The position numbers were made by a program, and so were the translations under genes. The notes under the pieces are model-generated. The model had not been told where the DNA came from and searched no databases. It saw only the letters and a list, made by a program, of their open reading frames with translations. DNA of 64,000 nt from Myxococcota bacterium (GTDB lineage Bacteria > Myxococcota_A > Polyangia > Nannocystales > Nannocystaceae), in the NCBI GenBank assembly GCA_039028615.1, contig JBCCHT010000012.1:32001-96000 (forward strand), in the 5' to 3' direction. Each line of letters opens with the position of its first letter. The first letter of the stretch is position 1. Below, piece by piece: positions 1 through 9,546 of the stretch.

Positions 1-54
1 CCTCGTCGCGAGTTTGGTTCGAGGGCTGATGCGGGCGCTGGCTACCGCCCGCTC

Positions 55-435
55 TCAGCTCGGCGGGCAGGGCTCTTCGGGCTGTTCCCCGACGTCCTCG
101 CCATCGCCCCCACCTTCGTCATCGTCGTCGTGCCAGTAATCGTCGTCGTCGTCCCAGTAGTCGTCATCGTCATCCCAGGAATCGTCGTCGTCGTCCCAGT
201 AATCGTCGTCGTCGTCCCAGTAATCGTCGTCGTCGTCCCAGTAATCGTCGTCGTCGTCCCAGTAATCGTCGTCGTCATCCCAGAAGTCGTCGTCATCATC
301 GACGACGCCGTCATCGTCGTCGTCGTCGTCGTCGCCAACGATGACTTCGCAGGTCACGTGACAGCTGAACCGGGCGACGCTGAACCCTACGAAGCCGATC
401 AGGCACAAGCGCGCGAGGGGACCGAGCCGAGCCAT
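55..435 (-). CDS. Small exported acidic repeat protein: hydrophobic N-terminus followed by 8 x (Y/F/S)W-DDDDD-type units
   Basis: ORF 55..450. ATG at 435 is preceded by AAAGGA. Signal-like stretch LARLCLIGFVGFSVA, then Asp-rich heptads. The alternative frames give only poly-Thr or poly-Val. Confidence 0.7.
   Translation of the reverse strand: MARLGPLARLCLIGFVGFSVARFSCHVTCEVIVGDDDDDDDDGVVDDDDDFWDDDDDYWDDDDDYWDDDDDYWDDDDDYWDDDDDSWDDDDDYWDDDDDYWHDDDDEGGGDGEDVGEQPEEPCPPS
118..300. repeat. 21-bp coding tandem repeat (consensus ccagtaatcgtcgtcgtcgtc), about 8 units
   Basis: Directly visible direct repeats with no unique spacers; encode YWDDDDD on the minus strand. Confidence 0.95.
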
Positions 436-677
436 GCGATCCTTTACCACGTGCTCTGCGCAGAGCCTGTTCCGATCGGTCGAGAAAAAACTTCGACCCG
501 ATGAATGAAAAAGGCCGAGGTCGTCATCCCATTACTGTCGGGGTTCGCTCCCACGACATCTCATAGTGCATGCAGTGGCCGAACCGCACGATGAGCGCGA
601 GCAGGCGAGACTGAGACCACGAGCCCGACCTCGCCTCACCTGATCGTTCAGACAGCACGGATTGGAAGCGCAGCCGC

Positions 678-2030
678 TCACTTCGACGACGCCGCCGCTC
701 GGACCGACTCGCCCAACACCTGCACGAGCGTGTCGGCTTCCTCCGTCGACAGCACCAAGGGCGGTGCGAAGAGCATGTGGTCTCCCTGCGTCAGCTCCAC
801 CGTGCCTCGACCGGCGTAGGTCACCACCCCGCGCTCGAGCGCTTCGGCCTGCACGCGCTTGCCGAACATCCGCGACGGCTCGAAGGGCGCCTTCGTGGCC
901 TGGTCCGCGACGAACTCCACCCCGAGGAACAAGCCCCGCCCCCGCACGTCACCGACCCACGGCAGCTCGCGCAAGGTCTCCAGTCCCGCCCGCAAGTGTT
1001 CGCCGACCGTGCGCGCGCGCTCCACCAACGCGTGCGCTTCGATGTAGTCGAGCACCGCGTGCCCCACCGCCGCCGCCAGCGGAATGCAGCAATAGGTCTG
1101 TCCGCTCCAGAACGGCTCGCCGCTCGCTCGAATCGGCTCGAGCACGCGGTCGTGGGCAATCACGGCCCCCAGGGGTAGGTAGCCGCCGCTGATCCCCTTG
1201 GCGCAGGCCAGGATGTCCGCGTGGGTACCGAAGTGCTCCGCACCGAACCGTAGACCGGTGCGACCGAAGCCGGTCATGACCTCGTCGGCGATCATCACGA
1301 TGTCGTGCGCCCGACAGATCGCGGCCATCCGCTCGAAGTACCGCCGGGTCGGAGCCACCGCGCCCAAGGCCGCGCCCACGACCGGCTCCGCCACGAACGC
1401 CACGATCTCGTCGGGGTGCTGGCCCACCAGGGTCTCGAACTGCTCGACGAGCTGGTCTTCGTACTCCGACTCGCTCATCGACTCCGGCCGCCGATAGGGA
1501 AAGCACGGCGACACGTGCAGATGGCCCACCATCAGGTCGGTATAGAAGCTGCGCCGCACCTGCATGCCGCCCAGGTCGAGCGCGGTGATCGAGTTGCCGT
1601 GGTAGCTGCCCCAGCGGCCCACGATCCGTCGCCGCGTCGTTCGCCCCTTGGCGCGGTGGTACTGAAACGCCAGCTTCACCGCGTTTTCGATCGCCTCGGT
1701 GCCGCCGCTGATCGTCCACGCCCGGTTGAAGCCCTCGGGCGCGAAGCCAGCGAGGCGCTCGAGGTAGCCCTCGAGGACCGGGCTGTGAAACACGTGGGTG
1801 GGGTGCACGGCCAGGGTCTTGGCCTGGCTCGCCAGCACCTCGGCGATCTCCTCGACCCCGTGCCCGATGTTGGTGACCGCCGCGGTGCAGCCGCTCGCGT
1901 CGAGATACGCGCGGCCGCGATCGTCGAAGAGCTGGGCGCCCTTGCCCGACACGATCATCGGGTACTGCGCCTCGTAGTCGGCACAGATGAGCTGCGAGTT
2001 GATGATGTGGCGCGGAGCGGGACCGGACAT
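678..2030 (-). CDS. Class III PLP-dependent aminotransferase
   Basis: SGGTEA, SYHG, IADEVMTGFGRTG and AKGISGGYLP (PLP-binding Lys) motifs; ATG at 2030 with AAGGGG upstream. Confidence 0.92.
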   Translation of the reverse strand: MSGPAPRHIINSQLICADYEAQYPMIVSGKGAQLFDDRGRAYLDASGCTAAVTNIGHGVEEIAEVLASQAKTLAVHPTHVFHSPVLEGYLERLAGFAPEGFNRAWTISGGTEAIENAVKLAFQYHRAKGRTTRRRIVGRWGSYHGNSITALDLGGMQVRRSFYTDLMVGHLHVSPCFPYRRPESMSESEYEDQLVEQFETLVGQHPDEIVAFVAEPVVGAALGAVAPTRRYFERMAAICRAHDIVMIADEVMTGFGRTGLRFGAEHFGTHADILACAKGISGGYLPLGAVIAHDRVLEPIRASGEPFWSGQTYCCIPLAAAVGHAVLDYIEAHALVERARTVGEHLRAGLETLRELPWVGDVRGRGLFLGVEFVADQATKAPFEPSRMFGKRVQAEALERGVVTYAGRGTVELTQGDHMLFAPPLVLSTEEADTLVQVLGESVRAAASSK

Positions 2031-2102
2031 ACCAGCCCCTTCATACAACGAAGGGGCGGACCCTACGGCCCGCCCCCTGGACGAAAGGACCAAACCTCGA
2101 AG

Positions 2103-2843
2103 CTAGAACCGCATGGACACTCCCACCTGGCCACCACCGCGAGTGGGGGCCGCGGCGAAGGTCAAATCACGCTTGAATCGGCGATGCCGGGCTCCGCCCA
2201 CGATGGCCATGCCCAGGCCGACCGCCTGCGCGACACCGAGGGTCGTGGTGAGCAGGGCGCCCGTGGCCGAGCGAGAGTGGAACGCGGCAATGAAGGGGCC
2301 GGCCACCGGGATCACCATCGAGTAGCCGTAGTTCCGCATGCGACCGGGGGACGTCGAGTCGATGGTGATGGTGCCGATGAGCGCCGAGACGCCGTACACC
2401 GAGCCCAAGGTCGCCCACCCGGCGTTGCGAAGACTGCGAGCGCGGTTGACCTCGGCGACCTTGCGAAGTCGGGCGAGCTCGGCCTTCGAGGGGGCGGCCA
2501 TCGTCTGCGGGGTCATGGCGACCTGCACCTGAGCCGGCATGGTGACGGTGGCAGGCACGGTGGCGACCGTGGTGGGGGCGGGCGTGGCCACGACCGGAGC
2601 GGGCGCGGGGGCGACCACGGCGGGGGCCGGAGCCGGAGCCGGAGTCGACGCGACGGTGTTGTTCACCACGATGACCGGGTTGCCGTCGGCGGCACGCGCC
2701 TCGGTGGTCGTGGTCGTGGTAGCGGGAGCCGGGGCGGGAGCCACCGCGGGCGCGGCGAACGCGACATTGGCGCACAGCGACACGAACCCACCCAGGGCCA
2801 GGGTGACGATGCGGGACGAAACGGACGGGCGGGGACGGTTCAT
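2103..2843 (-). CDS. Hypothetical exported/membrane protein with Pro/Ala/Thr-rich linker and C-terminal hydrophobic helices
   Basis: Signal peptide ending AFA, APAPAP linker, IPVAGPF membrane motif, terminal Phe; GGAGG RBS before ATG 2843. Confidence 0.75.
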   Translation of the reverse strand: MNRPRPSVSSRIVTLALGGFVSLCANVAFAAPAVAPAPAPATTTTTTEARAADGNPVIVVNNTVASTPAPAPAPAVVAPAPAPVVATPAPTTVATVPATVTMPAQVQVAMTPQTMAAPSKAELARLRKVAEVNRARSLRNAGWATLGSVYGVSALIGTITIDSTSPGRMRNYGYSMVIPVAGPFIAAFHSRSATGALLTTTLGVAQAVGLGMAIVGGARHRRFKRDLTFAAAPTRGGGQVGVSMRF

Positions 2844-3046
2844 CGGGGCCTCCAAGTTCAAGCTCTCGCTTCGGGTTGTGCCCCCCACCCCGCCAACGAT
2901 CACCGGTCGGCAAAAAAAGCCGCCGAGGGCCCAAATCGCCGCCGCGACGCGCCCCCAACGCGTTGTCCGTAAACCGCCAAACCGGCCTCCGGGGGAGCCA
3001 GGACGCCGATTTGCGCCAAACAAGGGCCGGAGAGATAGTCCCCCCC

Positions 3047-5626
3047 ATGCTCGCCGAGCGGATCCCCAACGAGGAGGCGCTTGCGCTCGCCCCCTCCGTG
3101 GGCTGGCTGATGTTCCTGTGCGCGGTCTTCACGGTGGTGATCTTCATCAGCTACCGCGAGGGCTGGCGCCGCCTGTGGCTTCGCACCGAGGATCCGCGAA
3201 CGATGGGTGCCTTCCGCATCGCCTTCGGGCTTTGCGCGATGTGCAACGTCAACGGCCTGTGGGAGCTGTTCGAGTACCTGTTCACCGACGAAGGTCTGTT
3301 CATCACCGACGTCGCCCGACAAGTGTTCGCCCGCGAGCAATTCAAGGGCTTCGGCAACGGCCTCGACGGCGACCCCTACGGCTTCTTCGGCCTCGCCGGG
3401 TTCTGGCAGTGGCTCAAGGGCCCCAAGTACTCGCTGCTCTTTTTCAACAGCACCCCCTCGTTCTTCTGGGCCCACCTGGTGGCCTTCGAGGTGGTGATGG
3501 TGATGTTCATCGTGGGGCTGTGGACCCGCTACACCAAGTGGATCGCTTGGTTTTTGTTCCACAGCATCATCCTGCGCAACACCGTGTACTGGGAGGGCAC
3601 CGAGAACGTCTATCGGTGCTTCTTCTTCTACGTGTGCCTGTCCAAGTGCGGGCACGCCTATAGCGTCGACAACTGGCTGCGCTGCCGTCGGCTCCGAGGG
3701 CGACGCAAGCTGAGCGAGCCGGGGCGCCCGGGCGACGGCGCGGGAGCGGCCCCGGACAACGACCACCCCGAGGGCCTGGCCGCGGTCTACCGCCTGATCC
3801 CCGCGTGGCCGCGGCTTCTGGTCATCCTCCAGTGCGCGGCGCTGTACTGCTACACGGGCGTCGTCAAGAACGGCACCGTCTGGTGGAAGGGCGACGCGTT
3901 CTACTACGCGCTCAACCTCGACCACTTCTATCGGATCCCGCCGCAGTGGCTGTCGTCGGTGTTCGGGACCAACCTGTTCCGGCTCAACTCCCACATCGTG
4001 CACTTTTGGGAGAGCTTCTTTCCCCTGGCCGTGTTCGGCTTGATCGTGCGCTGGGTGCTGCACGAGGACATGCCGAAGATCGGCCGCACCTCGCGACGCA
4101 TCGCGACCTTCGCCTGGGTGGGCCTCGGCCTGTCCGCGCTGGCCGTGTCGATCGTGGCCTACCCCGTGCACTTCGTGCAGCCCCGCAACAGCTGGTTCAC
4201 CCTCGACCGCGTTCGCGGGGTGTTCACGGGCGGATGGCTGACGTTGATGCTGCTGGTGTCCTGGGGCTGGTATCGCCTGCGCTACCGCCCCTTCCGCCCC
4301 ACGCTGCGCGGCCACACCTTCACCCTCGACCTCGACTGGTTCTGCCGCTGGTTCTTCGGGCGACGGGTCTGGGTCTCGCTGGGGCTCATCTTCCACTTCC
4401 ACCTGACCCTGCTGATGAACATCGGGTGGTTCCAGCCCGGGGCCATGGCGGGGTTCATCTGCTTCGTGAGCGGGGCCGAGATGGCCATGCTGCTGACGGT
4501 GATCCGCCGCAGCAGCGCGCGGCGGCTGTCCTTGTTGCCCAAGCGCTGGCGCACCCTGCCCGACCCGATCCCGGCCGAGGACCCCACCCTGCCGCACCTG
4601 CATCGCGACGCGGCCCAGCTGCCGCGCAACGCGATCATCATCGCCGCGCTCGGAGCCATCGCCGGGGTGCCGCTGCAGGTCTACGACGTCCTGCACTTCG
4701 GCTGGACCCTGCTCGGCCTGTTCGCGTTCCTGGCCGGGGCCGCCTGGCGCGAAGCCAGGGCTACCCGCGGCGAGACCCTCGACGTGGTGCCTCGCTACGG
4801 CGCCATCCGGGGCGAGGGCGACGAGGACGAAAAGAGCCCGCGCGGGGCCCTGCGCATGCCGTGGGCCTACGGTCCGCTGGGGCGCTTCCTCATCGGCAGC
4901 CTCACCCTCTATCACGTGGTCGGCGTCGCCTGCTGGCTGCTGCCCGACAAGGACTGCCTGTCGTGGCGCACCCAGACCCACGAGCCCTTCAAGAAGTGGC
5001 TCGAGATGACGCACACCACCCAGGGCTGGCGGATGTTCGCTCCCAACCCGCCGCGCTCCAACATGTTCTTGCGGGTCAAGGTCTACACCAAGGGTGGCGA
5101 CGTCTTCGACATGAACACGGACGTCTATCACCCCTCGCAGCGTCCGAACCCGTGGATCTGGTACACGCGGCAGCGCAAGATCAACCGCCGCATCGCGGGC
5201 AGCGAGGGCGGCCACGGCAGCTGGTACCAAAAATGGCACGCGCGATGGTTCTGCCGACGGTGGATCCTCGAGCACGACGGCGAGGTGCCCGAGAAGGTGG
5301 AGATGTCCAAGATCACCTACTCGATCCCCAGTCCAGAGACGGTGGCGACCAAGGGCCCCTACGACCCCTGGGACCGGCTCGAGAACAAGAGCAAAGAGAA
5401 GGTCATCCACACCGCCTTCTGCGAGGAAGAGGTCGGCGCCCAGCCGGTCAACGTCATCCGCGCCCGCTACGGCCTGGATCCCACCGACAACGTCAAGCGC
5501 TGGAACATGCTGCGCAACAAGAAGCGCCGCTGGGATCGAGACCGCGAGCGCGAGGCCAAGGAAGCCGCCAAGAAGGAGGCCGAGGCCGAAGAGGGCAACA
5601 AGCAGGACGACGCCAAGGCCGACTGA
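3047..5626 (+). CDS. HTTM-domain integral membrane protein (vitamin K-dependent carboxylase/SdpB-like) with C-terminal soluble QGWRMFAPNP domain
   Basis: LGxFRI-like start (MGAFRIAFG), YSVDNW, WPRLLVILQ..LYCYTGVVK..WWKG, FHFHLTLLMNIGWF, and TQGWRMFAPNPP motifs. Confidence 0.8.
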   Translation: MLAERIPNEEALALAPSVGWLMFLCAVFTVVIFISYREGWRRLWLRTEDPRTMGAFRIAFGLCAMCNVNGLWELFEYLFTDEGLFITDVARQVFAREQFKGFGNGLDGDPYGFFGLAGFWQWLKGPKYSLLFFNSTPSFFWAHLVAFEVVMVMFIVGLWTRYTKWIAWFLFHSIILRNTVYWEGTENVYRCFFFYVCLSKCGHAYSVDNWLRCRRLRGRRKLSEPGRPGDGAGAAPDNDHPEGLAAVYRLIPAWPRLLVILQCAALYCYTGVVKNGTVWWKGDAFYYALNLDHFYRIPPQWLSSVFGTNLFRLNSHIVHFWESFFPLAVFGLIVRWVLHEDMPKIGRTSRRIATFAWVGLGLSALAVSIVAYPVHFVQPRNSWFTLDRVRGVFTGGWLTLMLLVSWGWYRLRYRPFRPTLRGHTFTLDLDWFCRWFFGRRVWVSLGLIFHFHLTLLMNIGWFQPGAMAGFICFVSGAEMAMLLTVIRRSSARRLSLLPKRWRTLPDPIPAEDPTLPHLHRDAAQLPRNAIIIAALGAIAGVPLQVYDVLHFGWTLLGLFAFLAGAAWREARATRGETLDVVPRYGAIRGEGDEDEKSPRGALRMPWAYGPLGRFLIGSLTLYHVVGVACWLLPDKDCLSWRTQTHEPFKKWLEMTHTTQGWRMFAPNPPRSNMFLRVKVYTKGGDVFDMNTDVYHPSQRPNPWIWYTRQRKINRRIAGSEGGHGSWYQKWHARWFCRRWILEHDGEVPEKVEMSKITYSIPSPETVATKGPYDPWDRLENKSKEKVIHTAFCEEEVGAQPVNVIRARYGLDPTDNVKRWNMLRNKKRRWDRDREREAKEAAKKEAEAEEGNKQDDAKAD

Positions 5627-5757
5627 GCGTCACCGTCCTTTAGGTCCCGAAAGTCGCGTGGGGCGGCCCGCAAACGCGGACCCGTCCCGCGACAAAACGC
5701 GCTTCCTCGCCACGAGCGCCGGTTCTACGGCGTTCTTTGCTGGTATATATCCGAGCC

Positions 5758-7803
5758 ATGCGGAATGGACTGGGGATACTCGGAAGTGGTTTGCTCGGAC
5801 TGACCTTGGGCGGGTGCGGGGACGACCTGCCCTCCGGGAGCGGGGACGGCAGCACGACCAGCGCTTCGACGGGGACGACCGCCGCGGACGAGACCGGCAC
5901 CGATGCCGCCGACGAGACCGGCAGCAGCGGCGGTAGCTCCACGGGCGAGCCCGAGGAGCCCTGGGACGGCGAGTGGCCCACGCTCGAGTGCGACTCCATC
6001 GTGCCCAGCCACTGCGCCTTCCCCTACCCCAACAACGGCTTCACCGTGGCCGACGACACCACGGCGACCGGGCTGCGGGTGGAGCTGAGCGAGGCGATGA
6101 TGCCCGTGGCCACCAACGGGGTCAGCACCACGCGCGACATCTTCAATACGCGTGATGGTTGGTCGCCGGGCATCGCTCTTTTGGCCGAGCTGCCCGGCGC
6201 GACGATGGAGGGCTTGGCTCGCCCCGACAACATCGACTGGTCGCTCGACCCCGAGTCGCCCACCGTGCTCATCGACACCGAGACCGGCGAGCGCGTGCCT
6301 CACTGGGCACAGCTGGACATGACCACTGACGACGCCTCGCGGCGGACCTTCATGATCCGCCCCGTCGTTCGCCTCGAGGACTCGCGCCGCTACATCGTCG
6401 CCATTCGCAACGTGGTGGACGACACCGGAGTGCCCATCGAGGCCTCCGAGGCCTTCGCCGCCCTGCGCGACCGCACCGACTCCGACGACGATACGGTCGA
6501 GGCCCGCCGCGGCCTCTACGGAGACATCTTCGCGCGACTCGGCGAGGCCGGGGTCGCCCGCGACGACCTCCAGCTCGCCTGGGACTTCACCACCGCCAGC
6601 AAGGAGGACAACACGGGCTGGCTCGTCGGCATGCGCGACGAGGCCCTGGCCGGGCTGCCCCCCGAAGGGCCCGCCTACACCCTCGACACCATCGACATGG
6701 ACTGGAGCGAGGACGTCGCGATTCGCATCGTCGGGCAGATGGAGGTGCCGCTCTACCTCGACATTCCGGGCATCGGCGGCGTCATCAACCTCGACGAGGA
6801 CGGGCGCCCAGCGCAAAACGGCACCGCCCAGTATCCCTTCGAGGTCCTCGTCCCCTACAGCGCCATGGACAACCCGGCCGCGCTGCTCCAGTTCGGGCAC
6901 GGGCTCTTCGGCGGCCACGAGTCGATCCAGAGCCTCGGCGAGTTCGCCAACCGCCACAACCTCGTGATCTTCGCCTTCGACTGGATCGGCATGTCCAACG
7001 AGGACCCGCTGCCCATCGGTGGCTTGCTCGCCGGGGGTGACCTCTCCGCCTTCCAGACCCTGCCCTCGCGCCTCATGCAGTCGCACGTCAACGCGCTGGT
7101 CGGCATGCGCATGATGATGAACGGCTTCGTCAACGATCCGCTGGTCGACTTCTCGGCCAGCGGCGGCGGCATCGACCCCAACGAGCGCTACTACTTCGGG
7201 GGCAGCCTCGGCGGCATCATGGGCTCGGTCTACATGGCGCTGACCACCGACGTCGAGCGCGGCGGCCTGGGTGTGCCGGGCCAGTCGTTCAACCTGCTGC
7301 TGCCGCGTAGCGTGCTCTTCGACCCCTTCTTCGACATCCTGACCGCCACCTACGACGACCCGCGGGACATCCAGCTCATCCTGGCCGCGGCCATGCTGCT
7401 GTGGGACCGCGCCGAGCCGACGGGCTTCTCCAAGTACATCCGCGAGGACATGCTGCCCGGCACCCCGGCGCATGAAGTGCTCTTGCAGGTCGCCATCGGC
7501 GACAACCAGGTCAGCAACTACGGCTCCTACGTCATGGCCCGCACCATCGGCGTGCCGCTTTTGACCCCCTCGGCCCAGTCCATCTGGGGCATCGAAGAGG
7601 TCGAGTCCGGGCACATGGGTTCGGCCATGATCGAGCACGACTTCGGGCTTCCGCCCATCCCCATGGACAACGTGCCCGCCACCGCGGGGCCCGATCCCCA
7701 CGCAGCGATCTGGGACTACGACGTGGGCATCGATGAGCTCGAGCACTTCCTCCGCACGGGCGAGGTGATGCAGTTCTGCGACGGCGCCTGCGACCCGGAG
7801 TGA
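5758..7803 (+). CDS. Lipoprotein alpha/beta hydrolase (lipase-like) with N-terminal Ig-like region
   Basis: Lipobox LGGC, Ser/Thr-rich linker, FGHGLFG oxyanion motif, GGSLGG nucleophile elbow, later D (GDNQV) and H (DPH). Confidence 0.8.
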   Translation: MRNGLGILGSGLLGLTLGGCGDDLPSGSGDGSTTSASTGTTAADETGTDAADETGSSGGSSTGEPEEPWDGEWPTLECDSIVPSHCAFPYPNNGFTVADDTTATGLRVELSEAMMPVATNGVSTTRDIFNTRDGWSPGIALLAELPGATMEGLARPDNIDWSLDPESPTVLIDTETGERVPHWAQLDMTTDDASRRTFMIRPVVRLEDSRRYIVAIRNVVDDTGVPIEASEAFAALRDRTDSDDDTVEARRGLYGDIFARLGEAGVARDDLQLAWDFTTASKEDNTGWLVGMRDEALAGLPPEGPAYTLDTIDMDWSEDVAIRIVGQMEVPLYLDIPGIGGVINLDEDGRPAQNGTAQYPFEVLVPYSAMDNPAALLQFGHGLFGGHESIQSLGEFANRHNLVIFAFDWIGMSNEDPLPIGGLLAGGDLSAFQTLPSRLMQSHVNALVGMRMMMNGFVNDPLVDFSASGGGIDPNERYYFGGSLGGIMGSVYMALTTDVERGGLGVPGQSFNLLLPRSVLFDPFFDILTATYDDPRDIQLILAAAMLLWDRAEPTGFSKYIREDMLPGTPAHEVLLQVAIGDNQVSNYGSYVMARTIGVPLLTPSAQSIWGIEEVESGHMGSAMIEHDFGLPPIPMDNVPATAGPDPHAAIWDYDVGIDELEHFLRTGEVMQFCDGACDPE

Positions 7804-7828
7804 GCGGCCTACGGCCGGCCCCGGCGGC

Positions 7829-8695
7829 TCAGTCGAGTTCGTCGGGGTGCTGGGGAATCGGCTCCCCGCCGTCGCGCTCCTGCACCGCCTGCTGAAACCC
7901 GACCTTCTCGGCGCGGGCCTTGAAGGCCACGCCGGGCGGGTTGTGGCGCGACATGCCGTCGAAGAGGGTGGCCAGCATCTGGGTATTCGGCAGCCCGGTG
8001 GCGTCGCAGTACTGGTTGATGAGCAGCGTGTGCATGGCCAGCTGAGTGCGGGGCGCGGACGCGATGCGACGGGCGAGCTTCATGGTCGCTTCGTCGAGAG
8101 CATCGGCGGCGGCGATTTCGTTGACCAGTCCGATGCGGTGAGCGTGGTGGCCATCGATGAGGTCGCCGGTCAGCAGCAGGTGCTTGGCGTGCACCGGGCC
8201 CACGCGGTGGGCCCACATCGCCGTGGTGGGGCAGCCCCAGACGCGGGCGGGCGGATAGCCGATCTTCGCGTCTTCGGCCATCACGATGAGGTCACAGCAA
8301 AGGGCGATGTCGCTGCCCCCCGCGACGGCGTAGCCGTGGACCTTGGCGATCGTGGGCTTGGGGCTGCGCCACAGCGACATGTACTGCTCCGTGCAGCGGT
8401 GCATGAAGCGAAAGTCGACCATGGGATCCCAGGGCATGTCCTGCACGCCCGCGTTGGTGCCCTTGGCCTCCGCGAACATCTTGAGGTCGTAGCCGGCGCA
8501 GAAGGCCCGGCCCGAGCCCTGCACGATGACGACGTGGACCGAGTCGTCTTCGCTGGCCATGCGCGCCGCCGCCTCGATCTCGCCCGGCATGTGCTCGTCG
8601 ATGGCGTTGAGCCGATCGGGGCGGTTGAGCGTGAGGGTGGCAATGCGACCGTCGGTCTCGTAGGCGATGCTGCGGAAGGATTTCGATGTCGTCAT
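7829..8695 (-). CDS. Crotonase/enoyl-CoA hydratase family protein
   Basis: LNRPDRLNA, AFCAGYDL and HGYAVAGG motifs. Confidence 0.92.
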   Translation of the reverse strand: MTTSKSFRSIAYETDGRIATLTLNRPDRLNAIDEHMPGEIEAAARMASEDDSVHVVIVQGSGRAFCAGYDLKMFAEAKGTNAGVQDMPWDPMVDFRFMHRCTEQYMSLWRSPKPTIAKVHGYAVAGGSDIALCCDLIVMAEDAKIGYPPARVWGCPTTAMWAHRVGPVHAKHLLLTGDLIDGHHAHRIGLVNEIAAADALDEATMKLARRIASAPRTQLAMHTLLINQYCDATGLPNTQMLATLFDGMSRHNPPGVAFKARAEKVGFQQAVQERDGGEPIPQHPDELD

Positions 8696-8699
8696 GCGC

Positions 8700-9500
8700 T
8701 CACTCCTCGGCGGCGGCTCGCGCCTTGCACTCGGCGGCGGAAGGTTTGGGCATCGTCCCGCCGACCTTGGTCAGGTACAGGTCGGCCTTGCTGGAGACGA
8801 TCATCCAGTGCGCCTCCGTCTTGGAGATCTCGGTCGGGTCGCCGCTGTTGTACGCCCGCGGATAGTTGATCATCACGATCTCGTGCATCTCGAGGATCTG
8901 GCCGAGCGCCTTCGACTTCTCCGTGATCCGGGGGTTGCTGACGAACAGGTCCCGCTGCCACCGATCGATCTCCATGATGGTGTCGCGCTTGAACTCGAAC
9001 CACACGTCTTCGGCGTCGGCTCCTCCCGCGACATAGGCCTCACCGGCCTCGACCATCTCGACGCGAAAACACTGAAGGTCGGTAAAGTACCCGTCGAGAA
9101 GCGCCCGGTTGTCCTCGTCCCAACGGTAGAGGTGCTTTTCCCCCTCGGGATCCTTGCGATCCCACGCGCGGAGTTCGGCCTCGGTGGGGGGCGCATACTT
9201 GCGCGGTGGAGGCGGCTCGGGCTCGTCGAACTCGGGCTCGGGCTCGGGTAGGAGCGGAGCGATTTCGAAGACTTCGGGAACGGCCTTCGCATCTTCGACT
9301 TGCTGGGCGATCTTCGCCGATAGGCCCGGCCGAGGTTCGGCCTCGTCATCCGCGTCGGGGGACGATTTCTCCGGTTTCTCGGGTACGGGCTCGGGCTTCG
9401 CAGGCGCAGCCTCCTGTGCGGGAGGGGGCTCGTCCGACGGCGACGACTGGCACGCCGCCAGCACGAACATCGACGTCAGCGCTCGCCCGAACCAGCTCAT
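8700..9500 (-). CDS. Hypothetical lipoprotein
   Basis: Lipobox LAAC, Pro/Glu-rich linker, helical C-terminal domain; packed between neighbours on the same strand. Confidence 0.75.
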   Translation of the reverse strand: MSWFGRALTSMFVLAACQSSPSDEPPPAQEAAPAKPEPVPEKPEKSSPDADDEAEPRPGLSAKIAQQVEDAKAVPEVFEIAPLLPEPEPEFDEPEPPPPRKYAPPTEAELRAWDRKDPEGEKHLYRWDEDNRALLDGYFTDLQCFRVEMVEAGEAYVAGGADAEDVWFEFKRDTIMEIDRWQRDLFVSNPRITEKSKALGQILEMHEIVMINYPRAYNSGDPTEISKTEAHWMIVSSKADLYLTKVGGTMPKPSAAECKARAAAEE

Positions 9501-9546
9501 GCGGCGGCAGCATAACACTACCGCCCAGCACGGCTCGACGCTCGCA

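Noticed and set aside
118..300. Possible CRISPR array
   Set aside because: Contiguous 21-bp units with no unique spacers, in-frame coding, and no cas genes in the window
459..474. Sigma54-like CGGAAC-N5-CTGC on the minus strand upstream of the repeat gene
   Set aside because: Spacing is right but there are several mismatches to consensus; too weak to call
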